Position numbers and translations under genes: made by a program
Notes under the pieces: generated by a model
The model's database searches: none
What the model was told of the DNA's origin: nothing
What the model saw: only the letters and a program-made list of their open reading frames with translations
Part shown: one piece after another, positions 26,331 through 37,275 of the stretch
Layout of the letters: each line of letters begins with the position of its first letter
How positions within the stretch are numbered: the stretch's first letter is position 1
Virus record (IMG/VR): IMGVR_UViG_3300021335_000009
Coordinates: 20,170-84,169 of that record
Strand: one strand, 5' to 3'
Length of the DNA stretch: 64,000 nucleotides
Source of the DNA: a virus

Positions 26331-29300
26331 TGAGCTTTAGTTATTCAGGCGGAGTAATCACACAAACAGGCACGGAAACAGGCAATGATCAGCTTGCTGG
26401 ATTATCTGGTTTGACAGGCGTTACTACTTCAACATTAGGAGAACGTACCGTTTACAGCATAGATAGTAGCACTCGCATAATATTTAATGGCACTTGTGTT
26501 ATCGACCCAAGATATTGTGAGCTGGAAACTAATCGCTTGGGTGGTAGTGGAATCGTGGTAAATGGCACGCTTGATTTAGGCAAAGAGCTTGCTTACGCAT
26601 ACGGCACACAATACACAAGTGGCCGAGCTTTGAATATATTAGGAGGTAGTGCTGTACCGTGGGGGGCTATGTTTGATGTAAATGGGACTCTAAATTGGTA
26701 TGGCTGCGAGGTAGAGACAGGTTCAGGAATACGAGTCAAGAATGGCGGTACTATTAAAATACGAGATGGCGTATTTATTAGTAGACTAGGTAATCATACT
26801 ATTCAACAAGGCAATACGATTATTTTTGATGCAGGTAGCACGTCAGACATTATAGGATTAAAGAAAACGCTTACTGGATCATTAACAGTGGATAATAATG
26901 CTATTAACATTTTAGGAGCGTTTACGACTATAAATCTTTCGGGCGTTGTAAGTACGGGGCCAATGACTCCTGACAACAGGTCATCTACATTAGCTCCAGT
27001 GCCTTTTGCGGTTGTTTCAAATTGGCAAAGATTGCAAAGTCGTATCGCGTCTGTATTTACTAATTTAAGTCACTTTATTGATTGCGCTTCTTGGGATACG
27101 ACTTCGCCAGTTGCTCTTTTTAGACGTACAGCGTACGGAACCGTAACAAGGCAAGGACAAGCAGAGTTTTATCGAAACTGTAACGGTAAAATTCTGTTTA
27201 ATAATTCTGGATTGCAAGGCGTTAAATTATATTGGAAGGATGTTGACAACGGAAACAGAGGCGTAACAGCAGCTACCGAGTGGGGACAAACTTACAATAC
27301 TTATCGCGAATACACTACTACGACTGACGCAAACGGTGATTTTAGTAAGCAAGTTTTAGAAGCAGCGGTTTATAATACAAATCCGAACGTAGGCGAAGGA
27401 GTTGCACCTACAGTTGACGACCGCACTGAGTCAGGTCACAAAATTACATTTAAGGGCTTTAAATACGGATACAGTCTTTTTGACATCCAATTTCAGGGCA
27501 ACAGGATTGTGGCTGCTGAAGCGACTCAGCCAGTTATTGCGGACGCTAATATCACTGAGTCAAACAAAGTAACAGTTGATGCTTATACAGAGATTGATAC
27601 GGCTGTAAAATTTTACGACCGAGCAGCGTCACACTTGGAAGATAATTTAGGAACATACCTTGATTTTATTGTTACTCGATCAGGTAATCAAATAGATGCA
27701 GGGAGCTACAATGTAACAATAGACGCAACAGCATCAACAGCTTTTAATTTAACAGGTAACTTAATAACAATCAAAGCCAGCACGTTTACTGGCGACATGG
27801 TAACCACAGGTCTTATTACCCTTACCAATGGTGCTACGTTTGATGGTGTGCGTACAGACGCTAACGGAACAGTGTATCCTCCTATTAATGTAACTTTCAC
27901 TGATATTGAAGCAGGTTCTCAATTAGCGGTGTATCTAACAGAAACAACTACTGAAAAATTTAGAACAAATAATAGCTCAACAACAGAGCAGTGGACCGAA
28001 GCTTATACTTCTGACATTACTTATGATGTCACAATAATAAAAGCAGGATTTTTCCCTATTAGATTAACAGGGTTAGTTGCATCCACATCAGCGACATCTA
28101 TATCAATAAATCAATTAATAGATAGAGCTTATCAAACGTCTAGCGGATTAACTTATAGTACAAATACAAATCTAAATATCAATACAAAAGAATTTAGTGT
28201 TTCTGTAGCGACAACAGTGCAAAACTATTACAGTTTTTGGATAGAGCAATGGATAAGCAATTCAGCGCTTAGAAATGTAAAATTCCCAATATCAACTTTT
28301 GGAGGAAACAGTTTTTCTTTTGACGATGGTTATGAGTTTACAAGTTCTAGTTTACAATATTTAAGCAGGGACGGTTTTAGGTATTTTTCTAACAACTCAG
28401 TAACTGCTAGGTACGCAGCTATTTTAAGTCAGGGAGTTGCAGCAGGCACACAACCCGAATATCAGCAGCTACAAAATGGAAGCGTTACAGATACACAAAA
28501 TACAGGAAACGTAGATCAAGTAATACAAATATATGGAGATGCAACACATGGAAATTTTGATTATACAAACTATTTAAAATTTAAAGTACAAGCAAATGGC
28601 TACAGGCAAGCTGAAGCAGATATTGTTTCGGTTTTTGGAACTTTAGAAGAGCAATTTTATGTTACGTCTTTAAATACTTTACAAATTTCAAATTTTACAA
28701 CTGGAGATCCTCAAGTTACAGGTTTAAGCATTACGGACAATAGTTCAAGTCCCGTTAGTTGGGATGCAGGAGATGGAACATCAAGAAATTATAGCCTCAC
28801 CATAACAGACACAAATAATAATTCAGGCGAAGATATATTAAGATGGTTAAATTACAATCTTAGCTTAGATGTTGTGTTTGAAGGCAAAGAGCCCTTTTAT
28901 TATCCAGAAATGGTTATTGACAATGGATCTTCTTACGAAACAATAAGAGGTGTTTTGTATGGGACAACGTCAAATACATTAGTAGGAGTTCGAGTAATAG
29001 ATGGAAACGGAGACGCTCACAGAGATTTTGTTCGTTTTCAATCAGACAATGGAAGTTATGGGATTCCAGTTGAAATAAAAACAGGATCTGTTACGCAAAT
29101 TTCACAAGGATCAAGATTAAGAATATATAATATTACGACATCTCAAGAAGTTTTTAATGACATTGTTTCGGGAACCTCTTACACAGAAGAATATGAAGAA
29201 GGAAACAACTACTCACAAGGAGATCAATTAGAAATAAGAGTTTCTAAAATTAACAAGTTAGAATTTGAAAGAGTTGTGATTGTTGGCAGTGATGGATGGT

Positions 29301-29767
29301 CACAATTAGTAAGCCAAGAAGATAATAATGTTTATATAGAATATGGTAAAGATGGATCTACTGTTTCTGGAATTGCGTGGGATAGTGGAAACATGCAGTT
29401 TGATTTTTCAGATTCTGATAATGAAATAGAAGGCGCAGATATAGCAGCTTGGTACTTTTACTTTATTACTACTTCTACTGGCATTTCAGAAGCCTTTGAA
29501 GCTATAAGTTGGCCTCAAATTAATAGAGTCATCAATAGAGCTTCTGTGTCTCCAATTACTTTTGACAATACAAAAACAAACCCTTTGATTATTAAAAATT
29601 GTTGGATTAATAGAGACGATGGAGTTTCAATTATTGCCGCTTCTTCTAATTCTATTCAGATTGACCCTCCAGCAGTTTTCACTTCAAATATAGATGATGT
29701 AGAGCAAATCCTTGAAAACACAGAAAAAATACAAAAAAAGACCAAACTAATTACAGCTTTATTGTAG
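26330..29767 (+). CDS. Large virion-associated beta-rich protein (fibre/spike-like)
   Basis: 1145 aa, T/G/S/N-rich, with repeated Ig-like segments (IEAGSQLAVY / ISQGSRLRIY). Confidence 0.6.
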   Translation: MSFSYSGGVITQTGTETGNDQLAGLSGLTGVTTSTLGERTVYSIDSSTRIIFNGTCVIDPRYCELETNRLGGSGIVVNGTLDLGKELAYAYGTQYTSGRALNILGGSAVPWGAMFDVNGTLNWYGCEVETGSGIRVKNGGTIKIRDGVFISRLGNHTIQQGNTIIFDAGSTSDIIGLKKTLTGSLTVDNNAINILGAFTTINLSGVVSTGPMTPDNRSSTLAPVPFAVVSNWQRLQSRIASVFTNLSHFIDCASWDTTSPVALFRRTAYGTVTRQGQAEFYRNCNGKILFNNSGLQGVKLYWKDVDNGNRGVTAATEWGQTYNTYREYTTTTDANGDFSKQVLEAAVYNTNPNVGEGVAPTVDDRTESGHKITFKGFKYGYSLFDIQFQGNRIVAAEATQPVIADANITESNKVTVDAYTEIDTAVKFYDRAASHLEDNLGTYLDFIVTRSGNQIDAGSYNVTIDATASTAFNLTGNLITIKASTFTGDMVTTGLITLTNGATFDGVRTDANGTVYPPINVTFTDIEAGSQLAVYLTETTTEKFRTNNSSTTEQWTEAYTSDITYDVTIIKAGFFPIRLTGLVASTSATSISINQLIDRAYQTSSGLTYSTNTNLNINTKEFSVSVATTVQNYYSFWIEQWISNSALRNVKFPISTFGGNSFSFDDGYEFTSSSLQYLSRDGFRYFSNNSVTARYAAILSQGVAAGTQPEYQQLQNGSVTDTQNTGNVDQVIQIYGDATHGNFDYTNYLKFKVQANGYRQAEADIVSVFGTLEEQFYVTSLNTLQISNFTTGDPQVTGLSITDNSSSPVSWDAGDGTSRNYSLTITDTNNNSGEDILRWLNYNLSLDVVFEGKEPFYYPEMVIDNGSSYETIRGVLYGTTSNTLVGVRVIDGNGDAHRDFVRFQSDNGSYGIPVEIKTGSVTQISQGSRLRIYNITTSQEVFNDIVSGTSYTEEYEEGNNYSQGDQLEIRVSKINKLEFERVVIVGSDGWSQLVSQEDNNVYIEYGKDGSTVSGIAWDSGNMQFDFSDSDNEIEGADIAAWYFYFITTSTGISEAFEAISWPQINRVINRASVSPITFDNTKTNPLIIKNCWINRDDGVSIIAASSNSIQIDPPAVFTSNIDDVEQILENTEKIQKKTKLITALL

Positions 29768-29800
29768 ACTTTTAAAAAAAAACGTGTAACATATTTATAT

Positions 29801-30685
29801 ATGCAGTTAGATTTCTCTAAACAAATAAAAGCGGCCAGATCAGGTCCAAAAAGCGCAGCGCAAACCCCTGCCGAACCAGAAGAAAGAAAAAAAGGATCTG
29901 CTGTTAATGAGCCCAACTCTGCTGCTAGCTCTATTACATTCAGCGAAAAAGTAACGCAATCTTTAAAAAATAAAGTAAAAGAACATAACGAAAAACACTC
30001 TAAAAAAGTTACTCTAGGAATGCTTAAAAAAGTTTATCGTAGAGGGGCTGGAGCTTTTTCAACTTCTCACCGACCTGGACAAACAAGAGGAAGTTGGGCA
30101 ATGGCTCGTGTAAATATGTTTCTAAAAATGATGAGAGGGGGCAAGGTCAAAGACTCTTATCGAAAAGCAGACCAAGACGTAGCTAAAGCTTCCGAAGAGG
30201 AAGTGATGAATTTGTCTGAAATTTGCGCGTTTTTTGACGAATATTCGGACATAGAATTTTCTTTGGCAAAAATAGATTTGCTTTCTTCAAAAATCTCAGA
30301 AGAAGAAATGTATTTATATTCAAAAGCTGAAGACTGGGAATGTGAAACAGAAGCGGAAAAAAAGACTTTAAACAAACCTTTTAGAACTCCAAAAGGTTCA
30401 AAAAAATTTGCTGTTTATGTAAAAAACGACAAAGGAAATGTCATAAAGCTTCCTTTTGGAGATAAAAACCTCTCAATAAAAAGAGATAACCCAAAAAATA
30501 AAAAAGCTTTTAGAGCTAGGCATCAATGCGATACTAATCCTGGCCCTAAATGGAAAGCTAGATATTGGAGTTGTAAATTTTGGAGCAACAAGCCAGTTTC
30601 AGAAATACTTAAAGCAGAAGAGGATCTTTTAAAAATGAATCCTAGCCTTTCTCAAGCCGAAGAAGTTTTAGACGAAGATTATTAA
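29801..30685 (+). CDS. Conserved phage hypothetical protein (two basic domains)
   Basis: LKKVYRRGAGAF...WAMARVN and KKFAVYV...FRARHQCD...ARYWSC segments. GTGTAA motif upstream. Confidence 0.7.
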   Translation: MQLDFSKQIKAARSGPKSAAQTPAEPEERKKGSAVNEPNSAASSITFSEKVTQSLKNKVKEHNEKHSKKVTLGMLKKVYRRGAGAFSTSHRPGQTRGSWAMARVNMFLKMMRGGKVKDSYRKADQDVAKASEEEVMNLSEICAFFDEYSDIEFSLAKIDLLSSKISEEEMYLYSKAEDWECETEAEKKTLNKPFRTPKGSKKFAVYVKNDKGNVIKLPFGDKNLSIKRDNPKNKKAFRARHQCDTNPGPKWKARYWSCKFWSNKPVSEILKAEEDLLKMNPSLSQAEEVLDEDY

Positions 30686-30687
30686 AA

Positions 30688-30873
30688 ATGACCAACGATT
30701 TTGCAGCTAAATCAATTTTATATAAAAATTTTCTAAAAGAAAAAGAAGAAATTTTAAAAATAAAAAAAATAGAGTCGCAAAAAAAAGGGAAAAAAATAAG
30801 CTCTAATGAAGCTTTTTGCATTTGGCTTACAAAATACAAGTCAAAGTGGAAAAAAACGCAAAATAAAAATTGA
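30688..30873 (+). CDS. Small hypothetical protein
   Basis: 61-aa ORF in operon context. Confidence 0.55.
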   Translation: MTNDFAAKSILYKNFLKEKEEILKIKKIESQKKGKKISSNEAFCIWLTKYKSKWKKTQNKN

Positions 30874-30903
30874 CTTTACTTTTAACAAGCATAGTATATT
30901 TCT

Positions 30904-31542
30904 ATGTCTGTTAAATTAGTATCTATTTCCCAACCAAAAGCTGAAAATATAAAATCAGCAGAAGATCTTGTTGCTTATTGCGCGAGAGTTTCTAACCCAT
31001 CTAATCAGATGAACACAGAAACAGCGCCAAAATTATTAAGATACTTGATCAAACATAAACATTTTTCGCCATTTGAAATGGTGTCAATGACTGTTGAAAT
31101 TAAAACAAGTAGAGCTATTGCCGCTCAGATTTTGAGGCATAGATCATTTTCTTTTCAAGAATTTAGCCAACGATATAGCAAGTCTACTAATTTTACAAAT
31201 GTTGAGTTAAGACTTCAGGGAAAAACAAATAGACAAGTTGGAGATTGCCCAATAAATGATGAAGGCCTAGAACAGGAAATAGAAGATGTTCATAATCATT
31301 GCTCCGATTTATACAACTATCTGATTTCAAAAGGAGTAGCTAAAGAATCAGCAAGAATGATACTTCCTCTTTCTACAGAAACTACTATGTATATGGCAGG
31401 AACTCTACGTTCTTGGATTCATTACATAGAGTTAAGATCACAACAAGACACTCAAAAAGAACATAGAGAAATTGCCGAAAAATGTAAAACTTTATTTTGT
31501 CAAGAGTTTCCTGTTTTAGCGGAAGCTTTAGAATTTATTTAA
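30904..31542 (+). CDS. thyX: Flavin-dependent thymidylate synthase
   Basis: QILRHRSFSFQEFSQRY motif. TTGACT-N16-TAGTAT promoter 6 nt upstream. Confidence 0.95.
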   Translation: MSVKLVSISQPKAENIKSAEDLVAYCARVSNPSNQMNTETAPKLLRYLIKHKHFSPFEMVSMTVEIKTSRAIAAQILRHRSFSFQEFSQRYSKSTNFTNVELRLQGKTNRQVGDCPINDEGLEQEIEDVHNHCSDLYNYLISKGVAKESARMILPLSTETTMYMAGTLRSWIHYIELRSQQDTQKEHREIAEKCKTLFCQEFPVLAEALEFI

Positions 31543-31551
31543 CAATAAACA

Positions 31552-31809
31552 ATGGCTGAGTTTTTAGGAGTAGTATATACTATTTGTTTTTCTGTTTGTA
31601 TATGGCCTCAAATTTTTAAAAGCATTAAAACAAAAAAAGTAGAAGATGTGAGCGTTTCTCTTTTTATTTTTTCAATAATTGGGTACGTTTCAGCCATATT
31701 TTACACCATTATAAAAGTAGGGTTTGATTTTTGGTGGATTTTAAATTACAGTTTAAGTTTGTTTTCTGCGCTGGTAATGTTAATTGTTTTTTTTAAATAC
31801 AAAAAATGA
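31552..31809 (+). CDS. PQ-loop/SemiSWEET-like membrane protein
   Basis: 85 aa, three TM helices, WPQIFKSIKTKKVEDVS PQ motif. Confidence 0.75.
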   Translation: MAEFLGVVYTICFSVCIWPQIFKSIKTKKVEDVSVSLFIFSIIGYVSAIFYTIIKVGFDFWWILNYSLSLFSALVMLIVFFKYKK

Positions 31810-32771
31810 CACAAGAAAAATTAATAGAATATTCTTTAAATCTTAATACTGGGTACATTAGCCCAAAATTTTTAAAATACATAAAAAATCCAGAATTAAA
31901 AAATGGACATGTGTTTTTAAGTGTGGATAAAGGTCAGTTTTCTTTTATTTCGGCAAATCCAAAAGTAGACAAGCATAGACTTAATAACGCTTTATTTTTT
32001 ATAAAAAAAGTAATTGATGATTTTGGCTTGAATTTAAATTTTAAGTTTATTTTAAACACTTATGACGAGCCCTCTATTGAAGATATTCCTATCTTTGGGT
32101 TTTGTGGGAACAGTTTCGAAAAAAAATCAAATATTTTAATTCCAGATCCTCATATAACAGGAAAGTATTTAGGAGTTAAAATTAAAGATGAGTTAAACTT
32201 TCAAGAAAAAAAAGAAAGCATTGTTTTTAGAGGTTCTGATACGGGGTCTTTTCCCATTGCTCGAAAAAACGAAAGAATAAATGCTTGCTGGAAAACAAAA
32301 GATGATACAAAAATTGATTTTAAAATTTCGAATTTCGTAAGATACTCAAAAGATATTTTAAAAGAATCAGGAGTAAATATTGACAAAATTAGCTCTCCGT
32401 ATTTGTCCTTTAAAGACCAACTCCAACATAAATACATAGCAGATATAAATGGAAATTCAGCAGCGTGGGATAGACCTTGCTGGGTACTAGGGTCTAACTC
32501 TATTTTGTTTAAAATACAGACAGAAACCAAATCAGATGAAACTTGGTATTCAAGATACATGCTTCATCAAGGAATTGTGCCTAGACTAAATATAGAAGAG
32601 TTGAAAAAAGCTTCAAAAGAAAATTTTAATTTTTTAAAGTTATTGAACATATCTCCTACTACTTTAAATTCAAAACAAAAACAATTTAGTAAAATTCTTT
32701 TAGATTACTCCACTCATCAAATTTATTTAAAAGAGGTTTTGGTCAAGTATAACAAACAGTATAATTCTTAG
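31806..32771 (+). CDS. GT90/CAP10-like glycosyltransferase
   Basis: IVFRGSDTG and KYIADINGNSAAWDR...LGSNS motifs. Confidence 0.7.
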   Translation: MTQEKLIEYSLNLNTGYISPKFLKYIKNPELKNGHVFLSVDKGQFSFISANPKVDKHRLNNALFFIKKVIDDFGLNLNFKFILNTYDEPSIEDIPIFGFCGNSFEKKSNILIPDPHITGKYLGVKIKDELNFQEKKESIVFRGSDTGSFPIARKNERINACWKTKDDTKIDFKISNFVRYSKDILKESGVNIDKISSPYLSFKDQLQHKYIADINGNSAAWDRPCWVLGSNSILFKIQTETKSDETWYSRYMLHQGIVPRLNIEELKKASKENFNFLKLLNISPTTLNSKQKQFSKILLDYSTHQIYLKEVLVKYNKQYNS

Positions 32772-32783
32772 TTTTTAACAAAA

Positions 32784-33449
32784 GTGAGTAGCTCAAAAAT
32801 TAAATTTGGATCTAAAACAAATGGGCTAGGAGACATTTTGCTTCTGACTTCTATTTGTAAGTATGCTCCTAAACAATTTGTTATACAAATTCCAGAAAAA
32901 CAAAAAAGATTCGCTTGTTTATTTGAAGGTTTAGCAGAAACGGAAATAACAGAAGCTATAAATACTTTAAGAGATCTGGGTGGAGGCCACTACTCTACAA
33001 GAAAATTAAGATGTTTTTTTAGAGAAGCCGATTTATTAGATAATAGACCCCTTGTCATTTATTCGGATTATGAATCTGAAGTTTGGGCGGATAACTTTTT
33101 AAAAGAAAATTGTTTTAATAAAAAACCTGTTGTATTTCAGCCTGATTGCAGCCCTCAATGGAGATCTGTTAGAAAAATGCCAGAACCTGTAGCAGACAAA
33201 GCAAAGCAAAATCTTTTAAAGCAGGGTTATTTTATTATAGATGTGTCTGCTATAAAAACAATAGATTTAAAAAAATACATTTGCCTTCTTAGAAAAGTTG
33301 GTTTTTATGTCGGGGCAAATACTGGAGATTTTCATTTAGCTGTTTCTGTTGGGGCTGTATGCAATGTTTATGAACCTTCAAATAATCAATTTTTTAAAGA
33401 CTACGAGTGGGATTATGAACATTCTTCAATAAAATATATAAAATTTTAA
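32784..33449 (+). CDS. GT9-like glycosyltransferase
   Basis: GLGDILLL and YVGANTGDFHLAVSVG motifs. GTG start. Confidence 0.7.
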   Translation: MSSSKIKFGSKTNGLGDILLLTSICKYAPKQFVIQIPEKQKRFACLFEGLAETEITEAINTLRDLGGGHYSTRKLRCFFREADLLDNRPLVIYSDYESEVWADNFLKENCFNKKPVVFQPDCSPQWRSVRKMPEPVADKAKQNLLKQGYFIIDVSAIKTIDLKKYICLLRKVGFYVGANTGDFHLAVSVGAVCNVYEPSNNQFFKDYEWDYEHSSIKYIKF

Positions 33450-33453
33450 AAAC

Positions 33454-33969
33454 ATGAAATTAAATTTAGGATGCGCCAAAGACATAAGAAAAGGGTATAA
33501 AAATGTAGACCTTCACTACAAACACCCCGAAGTAATAAACGAAGATATATCGAACTTATCTTTCGTTCAGAACAATACTGTAGAAGAGATTGTCGCCCAT
33601 GATATTATAGAGCATTTGCCTCTTAATAAATCTGCAAAATGTCTTAAAATATGGTTTGATTACTTGCAAAAGGGAGGAAAAATAAGCATTCAAACAACAA
33701 ATTTTAATTTGATGATAAAAGCTTATTCTGAAAAAGTTTGGGATATTTGCGCTTTAAATTACATGCTTTTTGCAGGAATAAATTATACAGATGTAGGCTC
33801 TCAAGAATGCGATTTCCATAAAAGCGTTTATTCTTCTGAGTTTATTTTTCATTTATTAAAAAATATAGGGTATAAAAACATCAAAATAAAAGAAGACTCT
33901 ATTGATGAAAACTTAAAATTTAATGCTTTTTCTCACAATTTAAATTTATATGTAACTGCTGAAAAATAA
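33454..33969 (+). CDS. Class I SAM-dependent methyltransferase
   Basis: KLNLGCA, HDIIEHL and LQKGG motifs. Confidence 0.85.
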   Translation: MKLNLGCAKDIRKGYKNVDLHYKHPEVINEDISNLSFVQNNTVEEIVAHDIIEHLPLNKSAKCLKIWFDYLQKGGKISIQTTNFNLMIKAYSEKVWDICALNYMLFAGINYTDVGSQECDFHKSVYSSEFIFHLLKNIGYKNIKIKEDSIDENLKFNAFSHNLNLYVTAEK

Positions 33970-34006
33970 ATAGAATTGTAAAGCTTTTTAAATAACATAC
34001 ATTTGT

Positions 34007-35032
34007 ATGAAAAAAGTAATTATTAGCGGAGCTTCGGGTCAAGATGGCTCATATATGATAGATCACCTTTTGGAAACTACTGATTATGAAATCATTGGAT
34101 GCGTAAGAAGAAAAACTTTAGAGCTTGATAATTTTTTCAAAAAACATTATAACAATTCAAGGTTTAGACTTGTTCATTTTGATCTAACAGACGTCCATTC
34201 TATAACTTCTTTAATAAAAGACGAACAGCCTGATTATTTTATCAACTTTGCAGCTCAAACTTTTGTTGGAGATTCGTGGGAAATGCCCACGTTACATTTT
34301 AAATGCAATGCAGAGTCAGTTCTTCACATGTTGGAAGCTATTCGCAATTTTTGCCCACATTGCAGGTTTTATTCAGCAGGCACTTCTGAGCAGTATGGAG
34401 ACGTAGATTACAGCCCACAGGACATTAGACACCCATTTAAGCCTAGAAGCCCTTATGGAGCCGCTAAAGTCGCAGCAAACATGCTTGTAAAAGTCTATAG
34501 AGAAAGTTATGGCTTATATGCAGTTCATTCAATACTTTTTAATCACGAAAGCTCAAGAAGGCCAGAGTGTTTTGTTTCAAAAAAGATAACAAAAGCTGTA
34601 GCCAGAATAAAACGAAGCATAGACAAAAAAGAATCTTTTGAACCTCTTGAGCTGGGAAATTTAAATGCTCAAAGAGACTGGAGCCATGCCAAAGATTTTG
34701 TCAAAGGAGTGTGGCTAATGCTTAATAAAGAAAAACCTAGAGACTATTTATTAGCTTCAGGAGAGACTCATACTGTTAAAAAATTTGTAGAGCTTTCTTT
34801 TAAACATGTTGGTGTTTTTGGAGACTGGAAAGGAGAAGGGGATCAAGAAACCTTTATCTTAAAAAATTCGAGTCAATGCCTAGTGAAGGTTAATAAAAAA
34901 TTTTACAGACCAGCAGAAGTCTCTTTATTACTAGGAGACCCTAAAGAAGCAGAAAAAGAATTGAATTGGAAAAGGGAAATTTCATTTGAAGACTTAGTTA
35001 AAAATATGGTGGATGACGACCTTGGTGTTTAA
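34007..35032 (+). CDS. gmd: GDP-mannose 4,6-dehydratase
   Basis: ISGASGQDGSY, PRSPYGAAK, LFNHES, LGNLNAQRDW, YRPAEV motifs. Confidence 0.93.
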   Translation: MKKVIISGASGQDGSYMIDHLLETTDYEIIGCVRRKTLELDNFFKKHYNNSRFRLVHFDLTDVHSITSLIKDEQPDYFINFAAQTFVGDSWEMPTLHFKCNAESVLHMLEAIRNFCPHCRFYSAGTSEQYGDVDYSPQDIRHPFKPRSPYGAAKVAANMLVKVYRESYGLYAVHSILFNHESSRRPECFVSKKITKAVARIKRSIDKKESFEPLELGNLNAQRDWSHAKDFVKGVWLMLNKEKPRDYLLASGETHTVKKFVELSFKHVGVFGDWKGEGDQETFILKNSSQCLVKVNKKFYRPAEVSLLLGDPKEAEKELNWKREISFEDLVKNMVDDDLGV

Positions 35033-35077
35033 TTTTTTTGTATTGACATTTTTCAAACAAAAATTAACATAAAAAAA

Positions 35078-35443
35078 ATGACATCTGACAAGGTTAAAAA
35101 AATAACCCCGCATAGAAGAAAATTAAACATTTTAAGCAGGCTTCTTGACATTCCAGAAAAACAAAAAAGGTTTTTTTATGCTAGGGAAATGAAATTTTTA
35201 AAAATTTTAGAAGAAAGATATTCTTTAGATTTTTTAGAAATAATTACTTTTCCAAAAAAATATGACAGTTTGGCCATTTTAGTTTCAAAAGAGCTAAAAC
35301 AAACTATGAATAAAAAATGGAATAATTTTAATTTTAAAATTGACACTTCAAAATACCAAAAGTATAATATAGGAAAAAAATCAGGAGAAGATTTTGTACC
35401 TACAAAAAAACAATTAAAAAGAACAAAAGATTTATTTAAATGA
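35078..35443 (+). CDS. Hypothetical protein
   Basis: 121 aa. TTGACA-N16-TAACAT (35043-35070) lies 7 nt upstream. Confidence 0.7.
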   Translation: MTSDKVKKITPHRRKLNILSRLLDIPEKQKRFFYAREMKFLKILEERYSLDFLEIITFPKKYDSLAILVSKELKQTMNKKWNNFNFKIDTSKYQKYNIGKKSGEDFVPTKKQLKRTKDLFK

Positions 35444-36552
35444 GCGACAAAGATTCACAACTACTAGAAAAATTCTTAAAAGAAACAAAAGGCCAACATT
35501 ATAATTTTGAAGATACTATTGATTATAAAGTCTCAAGCGGTTCTTTGCAGCTCGATTTAGTTTTAGATGGTGGACTTGGGCCAGGACTACATAGATTTGT
35601 AGGAATGAATGAAGGAGGAAAAACTTCATCAGCTTTAGAGTTTATGAAAAACATGCTTAACAGTGTTCCAAAATCAAAAGGATTTTATATCAAAGCAGAA
35701 GGAAGGCTTTCTCCAGAAATGCAAAAAAGATCTGGAGTAAAATTCGTTTTTAGCGCTAAAGATTGGGTAGAAGGAACATGTTTTGTATTTGAAAGTAATA
35801 TTTACGAAGTTGTTGTTGACGCTATACACCAACTTGTAGAACAAAACGAGGAAAAAAATAAATATTGTTTTTTGCTTGATTCTGTAGATGGCTTGATTTC
35901 TAAACAAGATATTGAAAAGTCTTTTTACGACTCTAATAAAGTTGCTGGGGGAGCAGTAATCGCAGCCAACTTTATGAAAAGAATGTCTATTAAGCTTGCT
36001 AAAAGAGGACACATGGCTTTTTTTATTAGTCAAGTAAGGGCTGATATTACTTTAGATCCATACTCAAAAGCTCCTGTTCGACAAACTACGGCTACAGGAG
36101 GAAATGCATTGCTCCATTTTGCTAATTACATTATGGAATTTGAACCTAGATTTAAAACAGATTTAATTGTTCAAGATCCAACTAAAAAAACTGTAGATTT
36201 AAAAACGAATCCTATTATTGGTCATTGGGCAAAAGTAACAATTAAAAAGTCTCCAAACGAAAAAACAAACAATAAAATTCTTTATCCTATTAAGTATGGA
36301 AGAGTAGGTGGAAAATCTATTTGGGTAGAAAAAGAATTAATTGATTTAATGTACATGTGGGAATTTATTAGGAAAAAGGGAGCGTGGATCATGATAGAAG
36401 AAGAATTAAAAGAATTAGTCAAAGAAGTTGCTCCAGATCTTCCCAACAGTATTCAAGGCGAAAATAACCTTTTTAAAACGATAGAAGGTAACGAAAAGCT
36501 TTCTAAATTTTTAGTTGATTATTTTAAGTCAAACATACACGAATCTGTGTAA
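35440..36552 (+). CDS. RecA/UvsX-like recombinase
   Basis: SSGSLQLDLVL, Walker A GMNEGGKTS, LLDSV, ISQVR, TGGNAL motifs. Confidence 0.85.
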   Translation: MSDKDSQLLEKFLKETKGQHYNFEDTIDYKVSSGSLQLDLVLDGGLGPGLHRFVGMNEGGKTSSALEFMKNMLNSVPKSKGFYIKAEGRLSPEMQKRSGVKFVFSAKDWVEGTCFVFESNIYEVVVDAIHQLVEQNEEKNKYCFLLDSVDGLISKQDIEKSFYDSNKVAGGAVIAANFMKRMSIKLAKRGHMAFFISQVRADITLDPYSKAPVRQTTATGGNALLHFANYIMEFEPRFKTDLIVQDPTKKTVDLKTNPIIGHWAKVTIKKSPNEKTNNKILYPIKYGRVGGKSIWVEKELIDLMYMWEFIRKKGAWIMIEEELKELVKEVAPDLPNSIQGENNLFKTIEGNEKLSKFLVDYFKSNIHESV

Positions 36553-36565
36553 TAGTATATAATAT

Positions 36566-37130
36566 GGCCTTGACCTCTTGCATATCTATAGTTTTGATTT
36601 TTTAGATCTTTATGTAACGTCAAGGTTCTTCTGTTCTTTCTCATCTCTGGCCCTTGATCCTCCTATCCAGTCCTTAGCGATTGTGAAGAGCCTTGGGCAT
36701 TCTTAATGCTGCGCGGCAGATCCTCCAAGCCTTATGGCTTTGGATATGGCTTTTTCCTCTTTCGCCCGATAAGTAAAGAGGCTTCTTTAAAAACCGACTA
36801 ACAAACCAGAAACAGAACTGGGACAGCTTTAAGTGCTTGGAAACAAATGTAACGAGGTTTTCATTGTTCGGTTCCTCAGCTTTTTTAGACTTCCTGCAAA
36901 TGTCTTTTGAGCGTTGCAGTGCCCGTAGATTCGCAACCTATGGGTTTAGTAGGCCCCCTGCGCCTCTGGCTTCCAAATTGGTTGCTAATTCCTTCCCAAG
37001 TGCTGACGAGTGCGTTAGGGTTGGTGCGTAATTCAGGGGGTGTTTTCTTTATCAAACTTCCCACGCCACTCAATGAAGCGCAATTTGGGAGGTGGTTCTT
37101 TTTACAAATAGACCCCAGAACTTGTAACAA
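36566..37130 (+). ncRNA. Large structured non-coding RNA, class unassigned (GOLLD/ROOL-like context)
   Basis: GC-rich region without credible CDS. At least 10 helices whose G-U pairs all favour the + strand. GTGTAA motif at 36547-36552. Confidence 0.7.
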
Positions 37131-37194
37131 AATAAGACTTAATATATTATATAAATAACTGAGTATCGAGCGTTTACTTATAATATGTTATTCA

Positions 37195-37270
37195 CTAGCC
37201 TTCCTCTAATAGCGATAAGACTCCATGCTTGATCATGGTGAATGTGGGTATGCGAATTCCACAGGCTAGC
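37195..37270 (+). tRNA. tRNA-like element 1 (6-nt anticodon loop CTTGAT, 9-nt T loop)
   Basis: Acceptor CTAGCCT/AGGCTAG, anticodon stem CCATG/CATGG, T stem GTGGG/TCCAC. No encoded CCA. Confidence 0.6.
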
Positions 37271-37275
37271 CCTTT

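Noticed and set aside
36566-37130. RNase P RNA, tmRNA or group I intron identity
   Set aside because: No GAGGAAAGTCC P4 signature on the + strand, no tmRNA-type ends, and recA stops cleanly so no gene is interrupted. Only a covariance search can fully exclude these.
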